This document shows positions 8,675 through 17,161 of a DNA stretch of 64,000 nucleotides, piece by piece. The stretch lies in NCBI GenBank assembly GCA_023145375.1, contig JAGLDY010000013.1, positions 26,868 through 90,867 on the forward strand, written 5' to 3'. A program made the position numbers and the translations under genes. Source of the stretch: Candidatus Sabulitectum sp. (lineage in GTDB: Bacteria; Fermentibacterota; Fermentibacteria; Fermentibacterales; JCC-6). The notes under the pieces were generated by a model. That model worked only from the letters and a program-made list of their open reading frames with translations, was not told where the DNA came from and ran no database searches. Each line of letters begins with the position of its first letter. The first letter of the stretch is position 1.

Positions 8675-9457
8675 ATGAAATTTGCTGTGACCATTGTTTC
8701 GTTGTTCCTGTTCGCCGGCATCAGTGTTGCAGACTGGCAGATCGTCGCAACTATCGATGCCCCGGACACGAACATTTCCGGACTGGGTTTTGGAAACGGC
8801 TCCCTGTGGGCTGTTGATAAGGTTACTGAGTTTGCCTACCAGTTAAACCCTGCCACCGGTGCTGTACAGAACTCCTGGTTCGTGGCAGCAAACGGCACAA
8901 GGATACCATCAGGCCTTACTTTCGCTAACAACACCGTTTATATCGCAAGTGCTGCTCCGGCCAATCTCACCGATCCCTACTGCTACCGGTACAACGCCTC
9001 CGGAACATACCTTGGTAACTTTGATCTGGACTGTTGAGGAAGCGATCTCGACCGGGAGGTAACCGGTCTCGCGACAGGAAACAGTAAGATCTACGGCGCA
9101 GGTGTTGATGCTCAGACCATGAAAGAATGTCTTGAGATCTACAGCCTTACCGGCTATATTCAGACAGGTCCCGAGTTTATGGTTGAACTGGGAATCGATT
9201 TCTATGATATCGCCTACTACGATGCGAAATGGTGGTTTGCCTGTAACGATTCATCCTTCCCCATTCGTGCATACAACGGAAGTGGTGTATTAATGGAATC
9301 CATTCCTTCCTCGGCCCTGCCGTCTGCCTATGGTATTACTTTTGATTCTTCAGGCAATCTCTGGGTAAGCAACATAAACACCGATGAGATCTACAGACTT
9401 GAAGATGTTACTGCTCTTACCAGAACGACCTGGGCAACCATCAAAACCACGTATTAG
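8675..9457 (+). CDS. Secreted five-blade NHL/propeller-like protein interrupted by one in-frame TGA (9035-9037); candidate recoding or pseudogene
   Basis: ATG at 8675 has an AAAGGGG SD and gives signal peptide MKFAVTIVSLFLFAGISVA, inside ORF 8438..9037. ORF 9119..9457 is in the same frame, and the 27 codons between the TGA and 9119 are open. Blade-like repeats (ISGLGF.., PSGLTF.., VTGLAT.., FYDIAY.., AYGITF..) span the stop. The downstream part has no signal peptide or SD but ends with TTWATIKTTY. Confidence 0.55.
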
Positions 9458-9480
9458 ATAGTTGAGAACAGATTGATTTG

Positions 9481-9510
9481 AAGACCCCGGGCAACCGGGG
9501 TCTTTTCTTC
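9481..9510 (+). terminator. Rho-independent terminator
   Basis: AAGACCCCGG-gcaa-CCGGGGTCTT is a perfect 10-bp stem followed by TTCTTC. It lies 24 nt after the stop at 9457. Confidence 0.8.
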
Positions 9511-10024
9511 AGTTCCGGAATCGCTCAGGGAGTGAAAAGAACTTATCTCTCTTAACAAGAAACTCATGCTCATAGACAAAGGATGGAACAGAGTCCTCCG
9601 TAAGGACCGCTTCAGGATACAGAAAAACCTCACCGGAGTCTGTGAAACCCGCTGCAAGGAATACGAATTTTTCTCCACCGATGAAATACTGTTCCCGGTC
9701 ATCGTGAATACCCACTCTGAATACTTTCATTATCCTGCCGCTGCCGGAGTCCCAGTACCCTGTAGCATCAACAAGATAACCTGAAAGGGGGGCTTCTATG
9801 GGCATAACTTCGCAGATCTGTATCTCGTCCACCCCGGCTTCGGCCAAGTGAAAGACAGTCGCCCAGCAGGCAGTACTCTCAGAAAATTCCATGGGATCAA
9901 GTTCAGCACTGATCCCGGAACCGGGATGCAGGTAATGCGACAGTATTGAAGAGGAACAGCCTGGGAACAACTCCACGAACTTCATCAGCATAACCAGTAC
10001 AAGACTAGCTGTAGTCACACTCAT
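9509..10024 (-). CDS. Hypothetical lipoprotein
   Basis: 171 aa. The N-terminus LVLVMLMKFVELFPGCSSS has a lipobox-like Cys. I recognise no family. Confidence 0.5.
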   Translation of the reverse strand: MSVTTASLVLVMLMKFVELFPGCSSSILSHYLHPGSGISAELDPMEFSESTACWATVFHLAEAGVDEIQICEVMPIEAPLSGYLVDATGYWDSGSGRIMKVFRVGIHDDREQYFIGGEKFVFLAAGFTDSGEVFLYPEAVLTEDSVPSFVYEHEFLVKRDKFFSLPERFRN

Positions 10025-10035
10025 TTCGATTTCCC

Positions 10036-10380
10036 CTACTTAAGTTGTGAGTACTTCAAACGGCTTCCTCTGGACGCCTCAACTGGATACTTCTTCGCAT
10101 TCTTCTGGATCTTTCTCCGGGATGCCTTTACCGGATCGATACCAAGTTTATCAGCCATGTTCAGGAGGTAGATGAATACATCTGCGACTTCCTCCTCAGC
10201 CTCTGCCATGGCCCTGTCGTCCAGTTTCCAGCTTTCTTCTTCCGTAAGCCACTGAAATATCTCTGCAAGCTCCGCTGCCTCGATGAGAACTGCAGTTGCA
10301 AGGTTCTTCGGGGAATGGTACTGAGCCCAGTCCCTTTCGTTATTAAAATCCCTTATCTCACCCAGTAATTTCTCCAGCAT
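10036..10380 (-). CDS. MazG-like nucleotide pyrophosphohydrolase
   Basis: ERDWAQYHSPKNLATAVLIEAAELAEIFQW...EEEVADVFIYLLNMADKLGID is the all-alpha MazG/dCTPase-like pattern. The ORF track starts at 10413. The MLEKLL start at 10380 fits family length better. Confidence 0.7.
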   Translation of the reverse strand: MLEKLLGEIRDFNNERDWAQYHSPKNLATAVLIEAAELAEIFQWLTEEESWKLDDRAMAEAEEEVADVFIYLLNMADKLGIDPVKASRRKIQKNAKKYPVEASRGSRLKYSQLK

Positions 10381-10510
10381 GGAAAACACTCCCCTTCCCT
10401 GATTATTTAACACAACAAGATAAACAATTTACGCCTCAGGGGGAATATGCTACTGGCAGAGGTGTATCACTTCTGTTAGTTTGCATGAGAAATACAAAGG
10501 AGGGATCCAA

Positions 10511-12676
10511 TTGAAAAAGATCGTACAAATTTCACTTTTGGCACTGCTTGTAAGCAGCTGCTCCGCTGATATCCCGGCGGAGGATCTTTCGTTTCCGAAG
10601 GAGGAAGCCATGGAAGAATCATTCGTAAGGTTCTACACCCCCGTGGAATACATCTCTACTCCGGCAATGGATCCACTGCCGCTTCCTCTGGCCACAGATG
10701 AAGTTATCAACCTCATGGAAGTTCTTCTTCTTGCAGGACAATCTAATCCACCGGATCAGCTGGCTGAGAACGGGTTCGCAGTGTTTCCCATGCCCAGTCC
10801 AACAGACAACCCTGTGAGGGCGTTTGAGCTCCTTGATAACATGAATCAGCCTGTCTTTGTTTCCAGCGGTATACCTCTGCATATGTTGCACATTTTCTTC
10901 GATCAGATCCTTCAGCAGGTGGAAACTGAACACCTCTCCCCTGATCTGCTTGTCATCTGCAGGGAACTTTATCAGAGCAGCCTGAGGAGGAACAACTCTC
11001 TCAATGCTTCATTTTTTGCCGTCCCACTGACATTTCTGGACAGAGACTTCGTTCCCCACAGCTCCGTTGCAGAAACAGTGGCTCAGGAAGTTTCTTTGAT
11101 GAGGGCACATGAAGGGTTCAGCTTCAGCCCGGTCTTCGGTTACAAAGAAGATTACTCCCAGTATGTACCGAGAGGGCATTACACAGCCAGTGAAGAACTT
11201 GAGAACTACTTCATGGCAATGATGTACATGGGAAGAATTACCTTCCTTCTTAACGGAGGGGATCCCAACGGTCCTGATGAGGAATACCTTGTATCAGAGG
11301 AAGCAGCACGTGAAATGACCGAGGCTGCATTGCTTGTTGTGTCTGACCTGAATTCCATCAGAGCAGGAGATTATCCTCTGAAGCACAAATGGCAGAGGAT
11401 CTATGAGATAACCGCTTTCTTCGCAGGGTTTGCTGATGATCTCTCCGCTTCCCAGTATCAGGCAGCTGCAGAAGCAGTTTCAGGAGAGACCTTCAACTCC
11501 ACAACGCTTTATGAAGAGAGCTTCTATAGTGAATTCAGGGACCATATCGCAGAGAATTTCAGCGGTCCTTCCATATACAGCGGTACAGGTGAGTCTGTGG
11601 TGATGCCTGACGACTCTGGTACATTCGATCCTGAAGAGCTTCAGACCCTCCTCTCTAAAACCACAGGATTCCGCTTTTTCGGTCAGAGATACACACCTGA
11701 CAGTGAAATGCTGGGCAAGTTCGTTTTCCCGAATATTACTCCCAACCCCCAGGGACAGCAGAGGTTTATGCCGTCAGGTCTTGATGTTGCAGCCTCCTTC
11801 AGATGCCAGGCTGCTCTTCAGATAATTGATGAGGACGGTACAATGCTCTTCGGACGCTACGGGGAGACCCTGGACAGTATGCAGGTTATGGTGGACGGAT
11901 ACAGTGAAGATGACTGGCATGCCACGCTGTACATGTGCTGGCTGCATTCTCTGAGACTTCTTTCCACCCCGAGAGGTGAAGGGTATGCGAACTTCATGCA
12001 GACAGACGCCTGGGGACGGTGCACACTGTCAACATTCCTGGCCTCCTGGGCCATGCTGAGGCACGACACGATTCTCTATGCCAAGCAAAGCTACACTGCC
12101 ATGGCCGGTTGTGCTCCGGGACCTGATGTGCCGATTCCGTCGGCAGGTTTTGTTGAACCGGTTCCAGAGGTTTATGCTGAACTGAGAGCCACCCTTCAGA
12201 TGGCCAGAGTAGCCCTGGAGTACTACGAGATCTCAGACAACAACCTTACCAACCGTTTCAGCAACGCGGAATCTCTGCTGGAAACTCTCCAGTCCATCGC
12301 GGAAAGAGAGCTGGCTGGTGAATTACTCACAGAAAGAGATTCAGAATTCCTCAAGGGTTTTGCAGAATACCTTGACGGTACAATCGCCTGGGGTGCCACA
12401 ACCACCGAAGGGCTTGAGACATCTCTTATTGCCGATGTACACACGGACCAGAACAGCTCAAGCGTTCTTGAGGTTGCCTCAGGGAATCTCGATAACTGCA
12501 TGGTGATCTACAGAAGAGCTGACGGAGTTGTTGAAGCTGCCATAGGCCCTGTACTGAGTTACTATCAGTTCACCCATCCAATGAACGACAGGCTCACAGA
12601 TGAAGCATGGCGTGAGATGCTCAACAGTGACCCACCGGCAAGACCGGAGTGGACTGGCAGTTACATATCTGAGTAG
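10511..12676 (+). CDS. DUF3160-like large lipoprotein
   Basis: TTG at 10511 is preceded by AAGGAGGG and gives MKKIVQISLLALLVSSCSA (lipobox). The ORF track starts at 10481. DYSQYVPRGHYT matches the motif I associate with DUF3160. Confidence 0.6.
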   Translation: MKKIVQISLLALLVSSCSADIPAEDLSFPKEEAMEESFVRFYTPVEYISTPAMDPLPLPLATDEVINLMEVLLLAGQSNPPDQLAENGFAVFPMPSPTDNPVRAFELLDNMNQPVFVSSGIPLHMLHIFFDQILQQVETEHLSPDLLVICRELYQSSLRRNNSLNASFFAVPLTFLDRDFVPHSSVAETVAQEVSLMRAHEGFSFSPVFGYKEDYSQYVPRGHYTASEELENYFMAMMYMGRITFLLNGGDPNGPDEEYLVSEEAAREMTEAALLVVSDLNSIRAGDYPLKHKWQRIYEITAFFAGFADDLSASQYQAAAEAVSGETFNSTTLYEESFYSEFRDHIAENFSGPSIYSGTGESVVMPDDSGTFDPEELQTLLSKTTGFRFFGQRYTPDSEMLGKFVFPNITPNPQGQQRFMPSGLDVAASFRCQAALQIIDEDGTMLFGRYGETLDSMQVMVDGYSEDDWHATLYMCWLHSLRLLSTPRGEGYANFMQTDAWGRCTLSTFLASWAMLRHDTILYAKQSYTAMAGCAPGPDVPIPSAGFVEPVPEVYAELRATLQMARVALEYYEISDNNLTNRFSNAESLLETLQSIAERELAGELLTERDSEFLKGFAEYLDGTIAWGATTTEGLETSLIADVHTDQNSSSVLEVASGNLDNCMVIYRRADGVVEAAIGPVLSYYQFTHPMNDRLTDEAWREMLNSDPPARPEWTGSYISE

Positions 12677-12682
12677 CATCAG

Positions 12683-12722
12683 AGGGCCGGGGGATTCCTG
12701 AGGGAACCTCCGGCCCTTATGT
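12683..12722 (+). terminator. Stem-loop terminator candidate
   Basis: GGGCCGG...CCGGCCC stem with extra inner pairs, then TTATGTT. It starts 7 nt after the stop at 12676. Confidence 0.5.
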
Positions 12723-12783
12723 TCACTCCATTGTTAAACCATCTGTTAACTATTGAATCTGCTTCTCATTCTCGGGAGTGAAA

Positions 12784-13911
12784 ATGAAACTATTCCTGTT
12801 TGTCCCCATTGCTGCTCTCTCTCTTGTCATGGTCTCCTGTGGAGACAGATCACCTGATACTCCAGAGGCAGCAGAGGATAAAGACACCGGTTTTATCATT
12901 GAAGTAGTGGATTCCATCGGGATAGAAATGGGCGATTCACTCTATGTCTTCGGTGCCATAACTGATGTGGAGATACTGGAAGATGGAACAATAATGGTGC
13001 TGGACGGTTCTTACGCAAACATCCGTATGTTCTCTCCTGAAGGCAGACATCTTTCAACAATAAGCAAGCGGGGAGAGGGGCCTGGAGAGCTTTCACACCC
13101 TAAAAGTCTGTTCAACTGGAATGACGGGACCATCGGTGTAATAGACCCCAACAGCGGTGGAGTTCACCGCTTCTCGGAAGACGGGCAGTGGCTGGGACTG
13201 GAGCTTGCTGTAAGTCACAACATTCCTGCAGATCCCATAGTCATGAGTGACAGTGAATTCGTCTGCCACAAAGCAAGGTTCGATATGGACGGGGAAACTG
13301 TAAATGAGATAGCTACCATTGGCCTCTTCCCCGTCTCCCTGACGCCTCGTATCTCCTACTGGGAAAAAACTGAAGCCTGGGACCCCGGGAACATGGGTAA
13401 TCTCACTCTTGAACTTTTCCTGACCAACTACTGGACTGCAGACCCGGCAACCGGTCGTGTTTTCGTCTGCCCCTTCAACGAAGACCAGTACAGCATCCAG
13501 TGCTTCAACGGTGACGGCTCACTGACAGGCACCATCACAAGGGAGCATACCCCTGTGCCAAAGACTGCTGAGGAGATCCAGGAAGAAAAAGACTTCATAG
13601 TGTTCACCCTGGGCGGTAACAGCGAGAACAACCATGGATTCAACTACGACTGCGACCCGTGGCCCAACCATCTTCCGGTGACAGGCCTCTACATGGGACC
13701 TCGGGGCAATCTATGGGCCAGGCGGGGTGGAGCAGACATTCCAACTTTCGATATCTGGGACGAGAACCTGGAACATGCAGGTACCGCATCAATTCCATCA
13801 ATGGAAGGAAGCGGGGCGAACTGGAGGATGACCTTCGGACCTGATTTTATTGTCACATGGAACGAAAATCCTGAGAACTTCCAGAAGCTCTACATCCTGA
13901 AAGTTCAGTAG
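12784..13911 (+). CDS. 6-bladed beta-propeller lipoprotein (NHL-like), paralogue A
   Basis: MKLFLFVPIAALSLVMVSCGD lipobox. It contains GEGPGELSHPKSL and repeated blade patterns. It is clearly similar to the 13930..15051 product. Confidence 0.6.
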   Translation: MKLFLFVPIAALSLVMVSCGDRSPDTPEAAEDKDTGFIIEVVDSIGIEMGDSLYVFGAITDVEILEDGTIMVLDGSYANIRMFSPEGRHLSTISKRGEGPGELSHPKSLFNWNDGTIGVIDPNSGGVHRFSEDGQWLGLELAVSHNIPADPIVMSDSEFVCHKARFDMDGETVNEIATIGLFPVSLTPRISYWEKTEAWDPGNMGNLTLELFLTNYWTADPATGRVFVCPFNEDQYSIQCFNGDGSLTGTITREHTPVPKTAEEIQEEKDFIVFTLGGNSENNHGFNYDCDPWPNHLPVTGLYMGPRGNLWARRGGADIPTFDIWDENLEHAGTASIPSMEGSGANWRMTFGPDFIVTWNENPENFQKLYILKVQ

Positions 13912-13929
13912 AACAACAATACCAAAGCT

Positions 13930-15051
13930 CTAATTAATGACCTGCTCCACGGTAAAGAATCTGGCGAAGTCATCTTCCACGCTAAAAGTGGCAGCCATAC
14001 CGAAGGGTGATACATGAAGACCGGGATAAGACCCTGTACCTGTAGTATCAGCCACAAGAACAACCTGACGGAGCAATTCTCCCTCCTGTGAGATCACATC
14101 CCACACCTCACTGTCTGCAAGGCCTGCCCTTCTTGTCCAGATGTTGTTGTCCCTGTCAATCGCCAGGTCTGAGATGTAGGGCTGCTTCTCCGGATAGGAA
14201 ATTGTCATTACACTGGTTCCTGATTCAGTTGTAAGCGGCAGCGTTATCGGTAAAAAGATCAGTGAATGTATCTCAGAGTCAAAATTCTCCCGGGGCATAC
14301 TTTCCATGGTAACAGTGTTTAAGAGCAGACCCTCCGGTGAAACAACTTCTACAGAGTACTGATCGGAATCATATTCCGCCAGGTAGACATTGCCCGCAGC
14401 ATCAGTTGTAAAGAAAGAATAGAATGGGCGCAGATCTACCTCCGCAGCACCCATGACAAGCTGATGTTCTCTGTAAACAACTCCCTCTTCCCCGGTGTAA
14501 GCATTCAATGAGAATATCCTGTACCCGGACATAAGCTCCTGATCCACAAATTCGGTGACAAGCTCTTTTATTACAACCATTGAATCAGCTCCCGGTGCCA
14601 TTCTTACAGGAATGCTCATATGGGAGTTAAAACTGTCTATATAGCCCATGGACTGGTCCAGAAGAGTCATTCTTCTGGAGTCCAGATCAAACACAAGATA
14701 CTCTCCCCCGGTCAGGCGACACATGCTCCATGGCCGTGAATACTCACCCGGACCACTGCCATGGCGTCCATGAGAGGATATGAATTCACCATCTGCAGCA
14801 AACAGCGATAGTTTGCATCCGATACGATCAAGAACTGCAATTTCACCGGGCACTGCTGCAACTGTGCTTAATGCGCCGAACACATAATTCGTGTCCCCCA
14901 TGAGAACTCCTATTGTATCAGCAAACACAAGTGTGTCCACTGTAAAAGCTGAGTCACTTTCACCGGAGACATCAGGAGGATCACCGCAACCAGAGAGAAG
15001 AACCAGAGCATAGCCTGTTACGCAGAGAGAACATATTCTAAAGAACATCAC
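13930..15051 (-). CDS. 6-bladed beta-propeller lipoprotein (NHL-like), paralogue B
   Basis: YALVLLSGCGD lipobox. IGVLMGDTNYVFGA...GSGPGEYSRPWSM is collinear with IGIEMGDSLYVFGA...GEGPGELSHPKSL of paralogue A. Confidence 0.6.
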   Translation of the reverse strand: MMFFRICSLCVTGYALVLLSGCGDPPDVSGESDSAFTVDTLVFADTIGVLMGDTNYVFGALSTVAAVPGEIAVLDRIGCKLSLFAADGEFISSHGRHGSGPGEYSRPWSMCRLTGGEYLVFDLDSRRMTLLDQSMGYIDSFNSHMSIPVRMAPGADSMVVIKELVTEFVDQELMSGYRIFSLNAYTGEEGVVYREHQLVMGAAEVDLRPFYSFFTTDAAGNVYLAEYDSDQYSVEVVSPEGLLLNTVTMESMPRENFDSEIHSLIFLPITLPLTTESGTSVMTISYPEKQPYISDLAIDRDNNIWTRRAGLADSEVWDVISQEGELLRQVVLVADTTGTGSYPGLHVSPFGMAATFSVEDDFARFFTVEQVIN

Positions 15052-15694
15052 AATCCTTCACGGTTGCACCAGCTGTTCTGGACTTCAACTGATATGTAAG
15101 GAATGGTACCGCAATGTAAACAACGGTGCTCCACGAAGGTGATAGAAAGGCTAGACCTATACCTATAAGAGAGACCACCGGAAGTGTCAGGTTAATTCTG
15201 ATAACCCTGCGAATAGCAGTCTCATCGTATTGATCGGCAATTGCTTCAGGGTGATCGAGAAGCACTCTGCACTGGAGCAGGAAGAAGAGAGAAATAAGGA
15301 AAATATTGATGTGAAAGAACAAGTTTGCAACAAATGTATGACCATGGTAACCCATAAGAGAAGATGAGAATGGGATCAGGCAGACCACCAGCAGACCACC
15401 AAGGTTCGCCCATAGGTGCGGTATACAACTTGATTTTATGTACTTGAATATCTTGAGCTGAATTATCCAGAAGTTTCCAAGGAGAAGAAAGCTCATTACG
15501 TAGGTTCCAAAAAGAGCTGTGATGTCCCCTAAATGATCAAGAATGTCGTTGTCTGAGGTTACTCCATCAAGGTGAGGTAAAGGCAGACTCAGCACCAGCA
15601 GTGTCATCGCAATTGCATATATCCCATCAGTCAGACCCTCCAGACGGTGCAGAGAGAACTGATTTCTCTCACTGCTTCTCCTGCTCACTTTCAT
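15038..15694 (-). CDS. TMEM175/DUF1211-family putative K+ channel
   Basis: RLEGLTDGIYAIAMTLLVL matches the RxxxFSD helix-1 signature region. About six TM segments. Confidence 0.7.
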   Translation of the reverse strand: MKVSRRSSERNQFSLHRLEGLTDGIYAIAMTLLVLSLPLPHLDGVTSDNDILDHLGDITALFGTYVMSFLLLGNFWIIQLKIFKYIKSSCIPHLWANLGGLLVVCLIPFSSSLMGYHGHTFVANLFFHINIFLISLFFLLQCRVLLDHPEAIADQYDETAIRRVIRINLTLPVVSLIGIGLAFLSPSWSTVVYIAVPFLTYQLKSRTAGATVKDCDVL

Positions 15695-15915
15695 ACGGAT
15701 TCCCCTTCATAAAGAATATGCAACAGCAATGAAACTAAAGGACTCTGTTCTCCTTTGCAACACTTCTCAAATAGTATGCACTGAGCTTCGGCGTTCTCTT
15801 CAGGGTTTCAAAGTTAACGAGCTGTCTAAACGTATTCCATACATGTAATATACCGCCGCCGCTCTAGTTCACCTTCGGGAGACCCCATAGTGCTCTGTCT
15901 TCGACCGAATAGATT

Positions 15916-15943
15916 AGCTGCCGGCCCGGAAAGGTCGACAGCT
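15916..15943 (-). terminator. Hairpin downstream of the ECF sigma operon
   Basis: AGCTGCCGGCC-cggaaa-GGTCGACAGCT forms about 10 pairs with one mismatch. It lies 28 nt past the stop at 15971. The U-tract on the minus strand is weak. Confidence 0.4.
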
Positions 15944-15970
15944 AAATAGTAAATCTGTTACAGTACTGGT

Positions 15971-16417
15971 TTATGTGTTTTCTGGTTCTGATTTGGGTTC
16001 ATTCCTGTTCAACCACTTGTCGAAGGCGTCCCGGCCGTAGTCGTTCCAGAACTCACGGAAAGAGTCGTAGTGGTGTTCATGCCCATTCTCGTTGATATGA
16101 ACATGCTTTTCATCACTGTGGTTGTCGTGCCTGCTTCCTCTGTTGACTTTTGTAGAGTGATTGTGGTTACCGAAGAAGATGTGGCCCAGCACCACCAGAC
16201 CAACTGCCTGCCAGTAGGTAACTTCAGGCAGGCTGAAGATTACCGGCATAAGAGCGTTCCAGAGCCACTGGACAACCAGACCGAAAATGATGGCAAGAGC
16301 GGTGACGGCGATAATTCCCAGTATCACAAAGCCCAGCACTACAAATACCTTCTTCAGTGGGTGGCGGGGAGTATCATCCCCGTATGTTTTTCCGAATCTA
16401 AATGCTGAAAAGAGCAT
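15971..16417 (-). CDS. His-rich two-TM membrane protein; putative ECF anti-sigma/sensor partner
   Basis: Overlaps the sigma gene by 20 nt. Two hydrophobic segments. There are nine His in the 37-residue stretch GNHNHSTKVNRGSRHDNHSDEKHVHINENGHEHHYDS. There is no Cys and no HxxxCxxC motif. Confidence 0.5.
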   Translation of the reverse strand: MLFSAFRFGKTYGDDTPRHPLKKVFVVLGFVILGIIAVTALAIIFGLVVQWLWNALMPVIFSLPEVTYWQAVGLVVLGHIFFGNHNHSTKVNRGSRHDNHSDEKHVHINENGHEHHYDSFREFWNDYGRDAFDKWLNRNEPKSEPENT

Positions 16418-16961
16418 TGTGTTCCTCCTTTATGTGTTCGAGTTGTTTCTTTATTGTTTTCAGTCCTCTGTGTTTTCTGGCCAGAAGAGTACCGATTGGG
16501 ATATTCAGTTGTTTTTCAAGTTCTTTGAATGATACTTCGTTGAACTCTGTTTCTATGATCACCTGTTTCTGTTCCCCGGGGAGGTTGCTGATGGCTGTGT
16601 AGATGTGGTTCCTCAGTTGCTCTCTTGCGTATGAGTCTTGTGGTTCATACTTCAGATCAGGTATCATGTCATAAAGACAAAGTTGCTCATGGTTGTGCTC
16701 GTCCAGGGATTGGATCCTGCTGTCCGGTTTCCTGTATTCGTCTATGATCCTGTTTCTCAATGCACGGAAAATGTAAGCAGTAAGGTCAGTTACAGGCTTC
16801 GTCAGGTCCGGACGGTCAAGAAGGTTGAGAATAACATCCTGGACAATATCCTCGCTGTCCATGTGCGCAGCATCATCAAGTCTTGTTCTAACGAAATTCA
16901 CCAGCTTCTTGTGATTTCTCTCCCAGAACTCTGCGAGTGATGTTTTTCCGCTTTTAGTCAT
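16398..16961 (-). CDS. ECF-type RNA polymerase sigma-70 factor
   Basis: Region 2-like DIVQDVILNLL...AYIFRALRNRIIDEYR. Region 4 LPGEQKQVIIETEFNEVSFKELEKQLNIPIGTLLARKHRGLKTIKK. Confidence 0.8.
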   Translation of the reverse strand: MTKSGKTSLAEFWERNHKKLVNFVRTRLDDAAHMDSEDIVQDVILNLLDRPDLTKPVTDLTAYIFRALRNRIIDEYRKPDSRIQSLDEHNHEQLCLYDMIPDLKYEPQDSYAREQLRNHIYTAISNLPGEQKQVIIETEFNEVSFKELEKQLNIPIGTLLARKHRGLKTIKKQLEHIKEEHNALFSI

Positions 16962-17161
16962 TCATTTTCTCCTCTCTTCAGTAGTGAAGACGAGAAAGAA
17001 GGAAAAATATTGCAAGCTGTGTGTGAAGCATTTCACCTTTCTGCTCTTCAGTCAATAAGTCTCTTGATAACCGGCTTCGATCAATGTAACAGGGCATTTC
17101 TGTGGTATTTGTTGCGTAGATTGCAGCGTTTGTTGTATATCAGTGTGTGGGAGGTGAATTC

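Noticed and set aside
9035-9037. Genome-wide TGA reassignment (genetic code 4 or 25) as an explanation for the in-frame TGA.
   Set aside because: murJ, fusA and the first AP-superfamily gene all terminate at TGA at positions consistent with family lengths.
10481-10510. TTG start at 10481 for the DUF3160-like gene, as listed in the ORF track.
   Set aside because: A strong AAGGAGGG SD sits immediately before the TTG at 10511. That start yields a textbook lipoprotein signal peptide.
15880-15950. The CCGGCCCGGAAAGGTCGACAGC segment looked reminiscent of the SRP RNA helix 8 (CCGGAAGG tetraloop region).
   Set aside because: The flanking sequence does not form the symmetric and asymmetric loops or the closing 5'/3' helix of 4.5S RNA. 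It is better explained as the terminator hairpin of the ECF operon.
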